Positions 12,401 through 27,400 of a stretch of 64,000 nt of DNA are shown here, one piece after another (the first letter of the stretch is position 1; each line of letters starts with the position of its first letter). The stretch comes from Mobula hypostoma (lineage: Eukaryota): NCBI RefSeq assembly GCF_963921235.1, contig NC_086107.1, forward strand, positions 46,686,001 through 46,750,000, written 5' to 3'. The position numbers and the translations under genes are program-made. The notes beneath the pieces were generated by a model, which did not search any database, was not told where the DNA came from, and saw only the letters and a list, made by a program, of their open reading frames with translations.

Positions 12401-15400
12401 AGATATCATAGTTAAATGGCTCAAAGATGGCTCAGAAATACAACAAAATTCTGAAGTTAATGATGCAGTGATTGGACAGGATGAACTCTATCATTTCACA
12501 GCTGCTGTGCAGATTGTTCTTAGCAGCGCTGACACTGAGACAAAATACACATGCCAAGTAGCACATGAGAGCTTATCAAGGCCAATAGAGACTCACTGGG
12601 TAGCTGGTGAAGTGAGTAAGTAACTCGTTTTTTGTTTCTGAAGTTTTTTTCTATAATCAATTTGAAATTCATAAAGGATGGATGTCTAATGATAACTGTT
12701 GGTACTAGGACATACCCTTGTAATTTTTTGGCATCGGTTTACCAAGACAGCAAGCAGGGTGTCACAAAGTCTACAGGCTAATTGTATTACTGCAAAGGAA
12801 GGTGAACATGGTGGATTTGATTGAACAGAGAATTCCTTGGAAACTGAAAGTAAATGAAAATGGGTGAATTCATTGATTTGTTGGTAAAGAAATAAAAGTT
12901 AATACATAGATATAGTTAAGAGGAAAAAGTATAAAACTTTTAATTGCTATTGATTGTAAAAACTGAAATTATTTGATCAAAACCAGCCACCATATGACTA
13001 TACTTATCAAGGGTGTTTGACAGTATTTCACACAATTCAAAGGATATAGGATAGTTTAAAGAACTCTCCTGAATGATTCTATTTTTTAATTACTTTTAAT
13101 TAAGTGCTTCTAACTACTACATGAAATATATAAACAATGTAAAATGGCTGCCCTGATGATGAAAGCTAATTGCTTAACAAGAGAATAATGAGCAATCAAC
13201 AACAGCTGAGAACCCACAAGAAAGCAGTGAGATCCAGTAATTAGAAATAAAATAATAATCCAGATCAGGAAAGACAAGACAATAGTTTTTTTTTTCATTG
13301 CTTTTAATAGTTTTCAATCTTGAACTTCTTACTAAGACATGCTTGTCAGTTTTGGTTTAAATTGTAATATTCTTTAAGTTGCGTATTTAGTTTAACTTAT
13401 TTTTCTTCCTTTTTTATGTCTAGTTTCATTGCCAAAGATCTCAGAAATTAAGGCAGATCCAACTTGCCCTGAAATAGGAAAGCCTTTAACACTTTCCTGC
13501 ACGGCTTATGGATTTTTTCCAGAAGGAAATCAGATATTCTGGTTCAAAGATGATAGTAAATTTCAAGATGCATCACAAGCAGGAATAGTCACTGAAGAAA
13601 GTACAAAGGATTCCAGTGGTTTGTACTCACGATCATCCCGTTGGACATTTAACCCAACTGCTCGTGATCATGGGAAAGAGTTCAAGATGCAAATCCTTCA
13701 TTCTGAAACTTCAAGCAAGCCTGTGACATCCCGTTACCGTCTGCAATTTAGAGGTGAATACCCATTCTAACCAAGTCTGCAGTCACATTGTACCATAAGA
13801 AGCAGGCTATGCCATTTGGCCTCTGATGGCTGCTTTTCTATTCAGTAGGATCATGCCGGGCTTTGTGTTTTTATTGCAGTGTTATATCCTTGTACTGGCC
13901 CCACAGACTTTATTTTCCAATATCTTTCAATTTCTGCCTTGAAGATGGCTTCATAGCTTCCTCACAGCTCTGAATGATGGAATTTTTTTTTCCCATATCA
14001 AAACTGTTAAGACACTGATTCCTTGTTCTCGGTATATCAGCCAGTTGAAACATGAACTGCACATTAATCCCTGTCCAAACAGATAAGAGGTTTGTACATT
14101 TCAATGAGATTGACACTCTGTATTCTGATCAGACCACCAGTACATCATTTGCTGCTATCCCACAGAGCATAGCATCTTGGCCACAGTTACATATAGTGAG
14201 TGCCTAGAACTGGCATCTCAGTGAGAATAGCACTGTGATTGCCTCAGTGCACTGATCGGGTGCAGAGGAAGCCGTGGAGACAGTGTGCAGACTGTGCCTC
14301 TGATGGCTGGCACTGGAAAGTGCTGGATCAAGTAAGGTAACTAACCAGTGCAATGATGCAGGGCTTGGGTGCAGCCCATTGCTGGGGAGTAACAGAGGCT
14401 GATAATGTTACAGATTTTCAGAAATAAAAGGACTAGAGCACAATGTTCCCTCTAATTTGTAATGACTATTGTGTGCAAAAAATCTAGCACTCTGCAATTT
14501 TTTTGCCCAGTGACAACAGTACTTAACTTACCAACGAGGTAGAGGGTAACAATAATTTGTGCGCAAATAAAATTCCTTTGTTAGAAGGTTCTTTGCTGGA
14601 ATATATGGTTAATAACAAAGCAGTGAAGCACCAATATGCCCAATGTCACTGAGAAAATCTTCCAGTCATTGTGGAATGGGTTTCTGTCAGCTGATGCTTT
14701 CTGCTGCAGAACAGCAGTTTAACGGGGCGGGGGAGGGATGGGTGTGGGAGGGGGTATCACTGATGTTTAACAGCTGTGTGATCAGATTTTATGACAAATC
14801 CTCAGTGTGAAATGTGTAATTTTTAACTGGCACAGTTGGTGAAATGATTGGAACAATAATTTTACTGGAGGAGTTTAAATATCATAAAGAGTTGAAAGCA
14901 TTGTGTAAAATGTTGGGGCCCGTTAGCATGCAAATAAGTAATTATGGTACTGGATATGTTTTACTTGAAATCCATTATTGGGTCAAAGTAGAATTTTATA
15001 TTGCATATGAGACAAGCATTAGTATTCGGAATAGTGAGTTTGTGCTGTAGTATACAAGCTGCCATTCCAAATCAACGCTGTCAGTCTGTTGCCATCAATT
15101 CTTGGGTGCCCATATCCAATAAATTTCAATGCAGTTCTTTACATGATGACAAAATACACACAAAGAGCAAAATACAGATCTGAGTAAGCTTTACAAAATT
15201 AATTTTTTTCTGTTATTTGTATGCCTCCTGATCAGATGAATGAAGGTCAATGAGATGCTCATTTCCAGGTATGTCGGCAGGTTATGGCGAACGTTGAGTA
15301 GTTGTAGAAGGATCATGTGCTTTTCCTTTTGGCTCAGTCAGTGGCCCACTCTTCAAGTATACTAACATGGACTGGATTTTCATGGTATATTCTAGTGCCA

Positions 15401-18400
15401 CCTTCTGTGCCTGAAAATGCACTTTATCCTTCAGGGATTCATGTTAAAACAGGATCACTTCCCTTTTCTTCCAAGAAGCAGTGAATCCCTACTCTGGAGT
15501 CAATAATCTTTTTCAGCATGTATCCCACACTTTTGTCCACTCCATAGCCACGTCCTCACCATCAATTGTAACAGGGAGCAGTGCAGAGTGCTTGTGTGTT
15601 CATGTGACTCATTTCAATAAAGTAATACATGCAATGATCATTGATTTTAAACTTAAAACAATATTAATTTAACCATTTACTTCATATCAAGTCCTCCCAT
15701 TGACTGAACTGGTGTGGTTTTTTTCCTAATGCTGGGAATAGATGATTCTAGGAGGATGGAGATGTTTAAGATCTGGTTAGATGAGATAATCACTGTTTTA
15801 TATTTCTAAGAGCTAACTTGATTTGACTAATGTTTGGTTTTATTAAACTATTTTTTCCCCCTACAGGCAATACTGACAAAAAAGATGTCAGCAATAGAGC
15901 AATAAGTGAAGGTAAAATGTTCATTTACTTGAAATCCATTATTGGGGCAAAGTAGAATTTTAGATTTTTACAATTGAGACAAGCATTGGTATTTGGAATG
16001 GTGAATTTGAGCTGTTGTATACAGGCTGCCAGTCCATTTCAATGCCTGTCAGTTTGCTGCCTTCATTTCCTGGGTGCCCATATCCAATAAATTTCCACTG
16101 TTCTTCAGCTGATGACAAAACACACTGAGAGCCAAATACAGATCTACTTAAGCTTTACAAAATTAAATTAAATTTCTCGCATCATTTGTATACCTTCTGT
16201 TTCTCCTGATTATATATCAATGAAGTAGTCATCTCCAAACAGACTAGAGCATCTTACGGCGAACTACTTTTCCCTTGAGGCTCTGTCATGTCATCCACTC
16301 TTCAAATATTCTGATGTGGACTGGATTTTTGTGGTAGATTCTGGTGCCAACTTCCATGTCTTAACATGCATGTAATCGCTTTAGTCCTCCATTTTAAAAC
16401 AAGATCACTTCCCTTGTCTTCCACAAGGCAATGAATACTCACTCTGTTGTCAAGAATCTTGCCTACGCTTTCATCTGATACGTATTTGTGACTTCGGCGT
16501 TAACAACTAAACTCTCATCGCTGTATGTCTCTTCTCAAGTGAATGGGAAGGACGGAATGAGTGTGGTTCAGATCCTGAAATGCTGACAAAGCAGGACAGG
16601 TATGCTGGCATGTGATCCTCTGTGTTGAGAATACTCAGGAAGGAGAGGGATAGTTCCAATGAGTGTGTTTAGAGTGGACACCTTATTTTCAATGTCACTA
16701 TGAGAACATGGCATGACCAGTAGTCAGAAAAGAAAGCATATTTGGCATGATGGCCTTCATCAGGGTAATTGAATGTAGGGGACTAGGGCATTGCATTACA
16801 GTTGTACAAGATTTTGTTTGTGCTGCATATGGAGTATTGTGCACAGCTTTGTTTACTCTCCTATAGAAAAGATATCATTGGCTAGAAAGAGTGCAAAGCA
16901 GATTTAATGAGAATGTTGCCAGTGCTCAAGGGGGTGAGTTATAGGAGAGGCTGAGCAGGCTAGGACTTTAATTGTGGTGTATCGGAGACTGAGAGGTGAT
17001 CCTAGAGGTGTATAATATCAAATGGGCAAGGTCAGGATTAATGCATGAATCTTTTTTCCCATCAAAAGGAATGAAAAACCTAGAGAGCATTGGTTTAAGT
17101 TGAGAGGAGATATCTGATATTAAAAATGATCCAGAACTACTTCAAGCTAAATACCCTGCAATATTTAGCATCTTGAATGGCTGTGTTCCTGCGAAAATCA
17201 AAGTAACGTGGTATAAAGATGGAAGGATGCAAAAACAGGTCATCGTGACAGTGCAGAAGAAGGTCTGAGTTCATCAATTACAAGCATAAAATTTACACCA
17301 GCAAAAGCAGACCATGGGAGTTGTATCAAATATGTGAGGTGGTTCACAAAGAAAGGAAGTTCAAAAGAAAGAATTCAAGTTACACCTTCAAGGGAGATCT
17401 TCTACTGGATAGATATAGATACTTTATTGATCCCAAAGGAAATTACAGTGTCAGAGTAGCATTAAAAGTGCACAGATATAAATATTAGAAGGGAAAAAGT
17501 TACCTCAAACAGTCTAACAGGAGGGGTTCATCAATAACCCGGCTGTCGGCTGTCTCATTATAGAGCCTAATGGCCAAAGGTAGAATGACTTTATAATCGC
17601 GTTCTTTGGAGCAGCATGGTTGTCTTGGTCTATTACCCAAGTTATCCTCTGCTCAGCCAATGTGGCGTACAGAGGGTGAGAATCATTGTCCAGAATTTCC
17701 AGGCTTTTCTGTAGTGTCCTTTTTGACAGCCTGTAGTGTGTTTAGTTGGACACCTATGAAAGAGCCAGCCTTTCTAAACAGGTTAATGGGCCTGCTGTCA
17801 TTGCCCGTGTTGATGACATCGTCCTAGCACATCACCACAGAGAAGATCGTACTGGCGACAACAGACTGGTAGAAGAAGTGAAGGAGAAACTTGCACACTC
17901 CGAAGGAGCTCAGTCTCCTCAGGAAGTAGAAGCGACTCTGGCCCTTCTTGGACACAGCCTGTGTGTTCGTGCTCCACTCAAGTCTGTCATCCAGGTGTAG
18001 CCTCAGCTGCTTGTAGGCCCTCGCTCCAGCAACAACCTCACCATCAATTGTAACAGGGACCAGCGCACCATAGTAGTGTGTTCATCTGACGTATTCCAAT
18101 AATGTTATAGATGCAATGATCATTTATTTTAAACTTAAAATATTAATTTTACCATTTACTCCGAATCAAGTCTCACATTGACTGAACTGGTGTGTTTTTT
18201 TTTCCTATCGCTGTGAGTAGGTAATGATAGGTAGCTACAGTTGTTTAACATCTGGTTAGATGAGATGAGTATTGTTTTAAATTTCTAATGGCTAATTTGA
18301 TTTGACTAATGTTGGGTTTTATTAAACTACTATTTTTCCCCTTACAATGCTGTCAAGGAAGATGACAGCAGTGAAGCAACAGTGAAGGTAAACTGTTCAT

Positions 18401-21400
18401 TTACTTGAAATCCATTAAAGGCACATTTCAATAAAGTTGTTTTAGATGACATGATCATTTATTTTAAACTTAACAAAATATTAATTTAACTATTTACTTC
18501 ATATCAAACCTCACATTGACTGAAACGGAGTGTTTTTTTCCTTTTGCAATGAATAAATAATTCTAGGTGGTTGGAGTTGTTTAACATATGGCTGGATGAA
18601 ATAATTAATGTTTGAAATTTACAAGAGCCAATTTGATTTGACAAATGAGTTTTTCTTAAACCACTTTCTTTTTTACCTACAGACCGTACCCCTAAGAAAG
18701 TTGGCAGCAGTAAAGCAAAAAATGAAGGTAATGTGTTCATTGTGGGAAGTTCGTGAACTGGACATGTTTTACTTGATGTCCATCATTAAGTCAAAGTAGA
18801 ATTTTACATTATTACACATGAGACAAGCATTAATATTTGGAATGGTGAATTTGAGCTGTTGTCTACAAGCTGGCAGTCCATTCCAATGGACATGTCTGAT
18901 TGCTGCCTCATTTCTTGGGTGCCCATATCCAATAAACTTCCACTGTTCTGCAGATGATAACAAGAATACACTGAAACAGCGAAACATAGATCTGTTTACA
19001 CTTTACAAAATTAAATTTCTCACGTCATTTGTATACCAACTGTTTCTCCTGATTATATATTGTAAATATCAATGAAGTAGTCATCTCCAAACAGACACTT
19101 GATCACCTTATGGCAAACTACTTTTTCCTTTAGGGTCCAACATGTTGTCAACTCTTCAAATATTAGATTAGATTATGAGGACACGCAGTCCTCTCTTATT
19201 GTCATTTAGTAATGCATGCATTAAGAAATTATACAATATTCCTCCGGTGTGATATCACAAAAATACAGGACAGACCAAGACTGAAAAACTATCAAAAACC
19301 ACATAATTATAACATATAGTTACATCAGTGCAACAATACCATAACTTGATGAAGAACAGGCCATGGCTTTGTCATATCATCAACTCTTCAAGTAGTCTAA
19401 TGTGGACTGGATTTTTATGGTAGATTCTGGTGCCAACTTCCCTACCTGAACATGCTTGTAATCACTTTAGGCCTCCAAATTAAAACAAGATCACTTCCCT
19501 TCTCTTCCACAAGGCAATATATACTGACTCTGTTGTCAAGAATCTTGCCGAGCATGCATCCCACACTTTCATCTGATGTGTATTTGTGACTTCTGCATTG
19601 ATAATTAAACTCCGTTGTCACTGTATCGCTCTTTTCTAGTGAAAGGGATGGAGGGAATGAGTGTGGTTCAGATCCTGAAATGCTGATGAGGGTAGACGAG
19701 TAAACTGGTATGTGAACCACTGTGTTGAGAATAGCTAGAAAGGAGAAGCATAGTCCAGATGAGTGTGTTAAGAGTGGATATGATATTTCTTATAGAAATG
19801 ATATCATTGGCTGGAAAGTGTGCACAGCAGATTGATGAGAATGTTGTCAGGACTCAGGGAGGTGAGGTATGGGGAGAGGCTGAGCAGGTTAGGACTTCAT
19901 TTATTGGAGTATTGGAGACTGAGAAGTGATCATACAGGTGTATAATATACTATGTGGCATAAAAATGTGGTATAAAGATGGACAGACGCAAAAACAGGTC
20001 ATCGTGAGATTGCAGAAGAAGGTCTGATTTCATCAATTACAAGCATAAAGTTTACACCAGCAAAAACAGATCATGGAAGTTGTATCAAATGTGAGGTTGT
20101 TGACGAAGAGACAAACTTCAAAAGAAAGAATTCAAATTACACCTTCAAGGGAGAACTTGTACTTGTCTAGAATTGCCATGATTCTTTATAGTGTCCATTG
20201 TACTACCACAGTCAAAATTGTATCCATTTAGACTCCTATGACAGAGCCAGCCTTTCTGAACAGTATATTGAGCCTGATGGCATCACCCATGTTGATGCCA
20301 TTGCCCCAACACTACCACATAGAAGATTGTACTGGCCACTGCAGACTGTTAGAACAAGTGAAAAGGAGGCCTACATACTTCAAAGGAGCTTGGTCTTCTC
20401 AAGCGGTAGAGGGGACTCTGGCCCTTCTTGGACACAGCCTCTGTGTTGGTGCTCCACTCAAGACTGTTATCCAGGTGCACCCCCAGGTACTTGTAGGTCC
20501 CCAGCACAGCCACGTCCTCACCAACAATTGTAGTGCAGAGTACTTGTGTGTCCATGTGACACATTTCAATAAAGTTGTTAGAGATGCCATAATCAGTTAT
20601 TTTAAACTTAACAAAATATTAATTTAACCATTTACTTCATATCCAACCTCACATTGACTGAAACAGTGTGGTTTTTTCCCTAATGCTGTGGATAGATAAT
20701 TCTAGGTGGCTACAGTTTAACATCTGTTTAGATAAAATGATTAATGTTTTAAATTTCAAGAGCTAATTGGATTTGACTAATGTCAGGTTTTATTAAACTG
20801 TTTTTTTTTTAACTACAGACTTTGACTCTGCCCATATGAATGGTTCCAGAAGTTCTTCCCTTTCAAAAGGTACGTTTAATGTCAGAGAAATGTATACAAT
20901 ATACATCCTGAAATTCTTTTTCTTCCCAACCATCCACGAAAACAGGAGTGCCCCAAAGAATGAATGACAGTTAAATGTTAGAACCCCAAAGCCCCCCCCC
21001 AGCTCCCCACTCTCAATCATAAGCAGCAGCAAAGCAATGATCCCCACTCCTCCACCAGCAAAAGAAGCATCAGCCCCCTCCACTGAACACTCAAGCTTGC
21101 AGCAAAGCATCGATAAAGATACAGACTTGCAGGACCCCAAATTCTACTCGTTCACCTAATTCGATATACCACAGGCTTTCTCTCTCTGCCTAATAAGGAA
21201 AAAAAGAGGTGTCCCTGTTTCACAGGGAGAGCGGAGACATAACAAGCAATTTTCTGATTTTATGATGTTAAAAGTCCGTTGGGTCACTTTTTCCGAGCTC
21301 TCTGCCCAAAGAGCTCGGGTCTCTGGGCACATAGCCAGAGATCTTCCATCTCCCACGACACACCAATGGCAGCAGTAGAGCAAAAGATAAAGGTAAAGTA

Positions 21401-24400
21401 ATGATTTTGGGATGTTCCTGAAAGGGACATGGTTTACTTGAAACACATTATTGGGTCAAAGTAGAATCTTATATGATTGCACATGAGATGTGCCATTGGT
21501 ACTTGGAATGGTGAATTTAAGCTGTTGTATACAAGCTGCCAGTCCATTTCAATGATCTGTCAGTCTGCTGCCTTCATCTCTTGGGTGTCCATATCCAAAA
21601 AATTTCCACTGATCTTGACAAGATGATGACAAGAATATACTGAAAGAGCCAAATACAATCTGATTATTCTTTACAAAATTAAATTTCTCATGTCATTTGT
21701 GTACCTCCTGTTTCTCCTGTAAATATCAATGAAGTAGTCATCTCCAAGCAAACACTTGAGCACCTAACGGTGAGCTACTTTTCCCTTGTGGCTTTGTCAT
21801 GTCGTCCACTCTTCAAACAGTCTACCGTGAGCTGGATTTTTATGGTAGATTCTGGTGACAACTTCCCTACCTGAACATGCGTGTAATCACTTTAGGCCTC
21901 CAAATTAAAACAAGATCACTTCCCTTCTCTTCCACAGGGCAATAAATACTGACTCTTGTCAAGAATCTTGCCGAGCATGCATCCCACACTTTCATCTGAT
22001 GTGTTTTTGTGACTTCTGCATTGATAAATAAACTCCCTTATCACTGTATCGCTCTTCTCTAGTGAAAGGGATGGAGGGAATGAGTGTGGTTCAGATCATG
22101 AAATGCTGACAAAGACAAGATGGGTAAACTAGCATGTGAGCCACTGTGTTGAGAATACCTCGGAAGGAGAAGCATAGTCCAGATGAGTGTGTTTAGAGTG
22201 GATATGATATTTTTAATGTCTCTATAAGAACATAACAGGTAGATAGGTGAATAAGAAGGAATATTTGGCATGGTACCCTTCATCAGAGCATTGAATGTAG
22301 GGTGCTAGGGCATTGCATTACAGTTGTACAAGATGTTGGTAATGTTGCACATGCAGTATTATGCACAGCTTTGTTTACTCTCTTATAGAAAATGTAACAT
22401 TGGCTGGAAAGAGTGCAATGCAGATTTATGAGAATTTTGCCAGGACTCAAGGGAGTGAGTTATAAGGAGAGGCTGAACAGGCTAGGATTTTATTTGTCAT
22501 TTATCAGAGACTGAGAGGTGATCCTGGAGGTGTATAATATCATATGGGCATAGTCAGGATTAATGTATGAATCTTTTTCCCATCAAAGGGAATGCAAAAA
22601 CTAGGGAGCATTGAGAGGAGATATCTGATATTAAAAGTGATCCAGAACCACTTCAAGCTAAATAGCCTGCAACATTTAGCATCTTGAGTGGCTATGTTCT
22701 TGTGAAAATCAAAGTAACGTGGTATAAAGATGGAAAGCCGCAAAAACAGGTCATCGTGAGATTGCAGAAGGTGGTCTGATTTAATCAATTACAAGCATAA
22801 AGTTTACACCAGCAAAAACAGATCATGGAAGTTGTATCAAATGTGAGGTGGTTCACGAAGAGACAAAGTTCAATAGAAAGAATTTAAATTACACCTTCGG
22901 GAGAGAACTTGTACTTGATAGATAGATACTTTATTGATCCCAGAGGAACTTGCAGTGTCACAGTAGCATTACAAGTGCACAGATATAGATATTAGAACCG
23001 AAGTCAAAGGAATTAAAAATAAGTTATCTCAAACAGCATAACAGGAGGGGATCATCACTGCACCGACTAGAGGAAGAGGGTACTAATGACCTGATATAGT
23101 GCCGTTTGGAGCAGCACAGTTGCCTTAGTCTGTTACTAAAAGTTCTCCATTCTGCCAAGATGGCATACAGAGGTGAGAATCATTGTCCACAATTGCCAGG
23201 ATTTTCTGTAGTGTCTTTTGTTCTACCACAGCATCCACTTTGATTTCTATAACAGAGCCAGCCTTTCTACGAACTTTATTGAGCCCGTTGGCATCATCCA
23301 TGTTGATGCCATTGTCCCAGCACACCACTGCATGGAAGATTGTACTGGTGACATTAGCCTGTTAGAATAGGTGAAAGAGACGCCAGCATATTCCAAAAGG
23401 CCTTAGTCTTCTCAAGAGGTAGAGGCCACTCTGGCCCTTCCAGGACACAGCCGCTGTGTTGGCACTCCACTCAAGTCTGTCATCCAGGTGCACCGCCAGT
23501 TACTTGTAGGTCCTCATCAATTGTAACAGGGAGCAATGCAGAGCGCCAGTCTGTTCATGTGGCACATTTCAATAAAGTTGTTTTAGATGACATGATCATT
23601 TATTTTAAACTTAACAAAATATTAATTTAACTATTTACTTCATATCAAACCTCACATTGACTGAAATGGAATGTTTTTTTTCCTTATGCAATGAATAAAT
23701 AATTCTAGGTGGTTGGAGTTATTTAACATATGGTTGGATGAAATAATTAACGTTTGAAATTTACAAGAGCCAATTTGATTTGATGAATCTGAGGTTTTCT
23801 TAAACTACTTTCTTTTTTACCTACAGACCGTATCTCTGAGAAAGATGGCAGCAGTAAAGCAAAAAATGAAGGTAAAGTGTTCATTGTGGGAAGTTCCTGA
23901 ACTGGACATGTTTTACTTGAAGTCCATCATTAGGTCAAAGTAGGATTTTACATTATTACACATGAGACAATCATTAGTACTTGGAATTGTGAATTGTTAA
24001 CTACAAGCCGCCAGCCCATTTCAATTCTCTCTCAGTCTGCCACCTTCATTTCCTGGGTGCCCAAATCGAATAAATTTCCACAGTTCTTTGGATGATAAAA
24101 GTACACTCAAAGAACCAAATACAGATCCGATCAAGCTTTACAGAAGTGAACTTTTTCTGTCATTTGTATGCCTCTTATTTCTCCTGATCAGATGAGTAAA
24201 AATCAATGAGATACTCATTTCCAGACTCTTTGGCACCTTACGGTGAAATATGAGCATGTGTAGAAGGATCATGTGCTTTTCTCTTCGGCTCTGTCAGTGG
24301 TCCACTCTTCAAATATTCTAACCTAGCCTAGATTTTCATGGTAGATTCTGGTGCCATTTTCCATGCCTGAACATGGTTGTAATTGCCTTAGTCCTCCATT

Positions 24401-27400
24401 GTGAATGCACAAATCATTTTCCCTTGAAAGGGAATTGAAAACGAGAGCACAGGCTTAAGTTGAGAGGAGATATCTGATATTAAAAGTGATCCCGAAATAG
24501 TTGAAGGTAAAAAGCCTGCAACATTTAGCATCTCCATGAAGGGCTATTTTTCTGCGAAAATCAAAGTAACTTGATATAAAGATGGAAAGGCACAAAAACA
24601 GGTCATCCTGAATTTGCAGAAGATGGTCTGAATTTATCAATTACAAGCATAAAGTTTATACCAGCAAAATCAGATCATGGGAGTTATATCAAATGTGAGG
24701 AGGTACATGAAGAAAGAAAGTTGGGAAGAAAGAATTCAAATTACGCCTTCAAGGGAGATCTTCTACTGGATAGATATAGATACTTCATTGATCCCAAAGG
24801 AAATTACAGTGTCAGAGTAGCATTAAAAGTGCACATATATAAATATCAGAAGGGAAATCGAATTTTAAAAATCTGGTACTTCAAACAGTCTAACAGGAGG
24901 GGGTCATTACCTACCCGCTGCTAGCTGACTCATTATTGATCCTAATGGCCGAAGGTAGAATGAATTTATATAGCACCCTTGGAGCAGCACAGTTGTCTTA
25001 GTCTATTACTAAAAATTCTCCTCCGTTCAGCCAAGGTGCCATATAGAGGGCAAGAATCATTGTCCAGAATTGCCATGATTTTTCGTAGTGTCCATTGTTC
25101 TACCACAGCCTCCCGTGTGTCCAGTTAGACTCCTGTGACAGAGCCAGCCTTTCTGAACAGCTTATTGAGCCTGATGGCATCACCCGTGTGGATGCCATTG
25201 CCGCAGCACACCACCACATAGAAGATTGTACTGGTGACAACAGAGTGGTCGAAGGAGTGAAGAAGAAGCCTGCATACTGCAAAGGACCTCAATCTCCTCA
25301 AGAAGCAGAAGCAACTCTGGCCCTTCTTGGACACCGCTTCTGTGTTGGTGCTCCACTCAGGACTGTCATCCAGGTGCATCCCCATGGACTTGTAGATCCT
25401 TTGCACAGCCACGTGCTCACCGTTAATTGTAGGGCAGAGTACTTGTGTGTTCATGTGACACATTTCAATAAAGTTGTTACAGATGCAGCGATCATTTATT
25501 TTAAACTTAACAAAATATAACATTAACTATTTACTTCATATCAAACCTATTAACTGAAACGGTGTGTTTTTTTTTCCTAATGCTATGGATAGATAATTTT
25601 AGGTGGTTACAATTTAACATCTAGTTAGATGAAATAATTCATGTTTTAAATTTATGAGCTAATTTGATTTGACTAATGTCAGGTTTTGTTAAACCACTTT
25701 TTGTTTTAACCTACAGACTCTGACTGTAAGGAAGATTTTAAAAGTTTCAGGGGTCCATCTAATGTCAGAAATGTATACAATATACATCCTGAAATTCTTT
25801 TTCTTTGCAACCATCCGTGAAAACAGAGGAGTGCCCCAGAAAATGAATGATAGTTAAATGTTAGAACCCCAAAGACCCCCTCAGCTCCCTACTCCCACAC
25901 ATAAGCAGCAGCAAAGGAACGATCCCCCTTCCCACAACAGCTAAAAAATCATTGGCGCCCTCCACTAAGCACTCAAGTGTGCAGCAAAGCATCAATAAAG
26001 ACACAGGCTTGCAGTACCCCAAAGTCTACTTGTTCACCTGGTAATTCGATACATCACAGGCTGTGTGTGTGTCTCTCTCTCTCTCTCTCTCCCCTCTCTC
26101 CTCCTCCTCTCTCTCCCCCCTCCCTCTTCCCCCCCTCCCTCCCTCTCTTCCCCCCCTCCCTCCCTCTCTTCCCCCCCTCCCTCCCTAATAAGGGAAAAAG
26201 AGATGTCCCTGTTTCACATAACAAATAACTCACTGATTTACAATGTTAAAAAGTCCTTTGTATCGTTTTTTCTGAGCTCTGTGCCAAAGAATTCAGCTCT
26301 TTGGGCACACAGCCAGAGATCTTCCATCTCCCATGACACACCAATGGCAGCAGTAGAGCAAAAGATCTTCATCTTGGGAAGTGATCATCTTGGGAAGATC
26401 CTGTACTAGGCATAGTTTACTTGAAACACACTATTGGGTCAAAGTATAATTTTATATTATTGCACATGAGACGAGCATTGGTATTTGGAATGGTGAATTT
26501 GAGCTCTTGTATACAAGCTGCCAGTCCATTTCAATGCTCTCAGTCTGCTGCCTTCATTTCTTGAGTGCCCATATCCAATAAATTTCTATAGTGCGTGAGA
26601 TGATGACAGAAATATACTCAGAGCCAAATACAGATCTAGTTAAGTTTTACAAATTAATTTTTCCCTGTCATTTGAACACCTATCTTTGTCTGATCAGATG
26701 AGTAAAGATCAAAGAGGTGGTCCTCTCCAAAGAGACACTTCAGCACCTTACTGTAAACTATGTGCAGCTGTAGCAGGATCATGTGCTTTTCCCTTGGCTC
26801 TGTCAGGTGGTCCACTCTTCATGTATTCTAACATGGACTGGATTTTCATGGTATATTCCAGTGCCACCTTCCATTCCTGAACATATTTTTTACCCTTCAG
26901 GGATTCATGTTAAAACAAGATCACTTCCCTTTTCTTCCAAGAAGCAGTGAATCCTGATTCTGGTGTCAGTAATCTTTTTCAGCATGTATCACACACTTTT
27001 GTCCACTCCATAGCCACGTCCTCACCATCAATTGTAACAGGGAGCAGTGCAGAGTGCTTGTGTGTTCATGTGACTTATTTCAATAAAGTTGTTATAGATG
27101 CAATGATCATTTATTTTAAACTTAACACAATATGAATTGAACCATTCAGTTCATATCAAGTCCTCCCATTGACTGAACTGGGTGTGGATTTTTTTTCTAA
27201 TGCTGGGAATAGATGCTACTAGGTGGATACAGATGTTTAAGATCTGGTTAGATGAGATAATCAGTGTTTTAAATTTCTAAGAGCTAATTTGATTTGACTA
27301 ATATTGGGTTTTACTAAACTATTTTTCCCCCTACAGACAACGCTGACAAGGAAGATGGCAGCAATAGAGCAACAAGTGAAGGTAAACTGTTCATTTACTT

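Noticed and set aside
17606-25520. Plus-strand ORFs such as 17746-18000, 20238-20627 and 25095-25520
   Set aside because: Antisense shadows of Rex-type LINE fragments.
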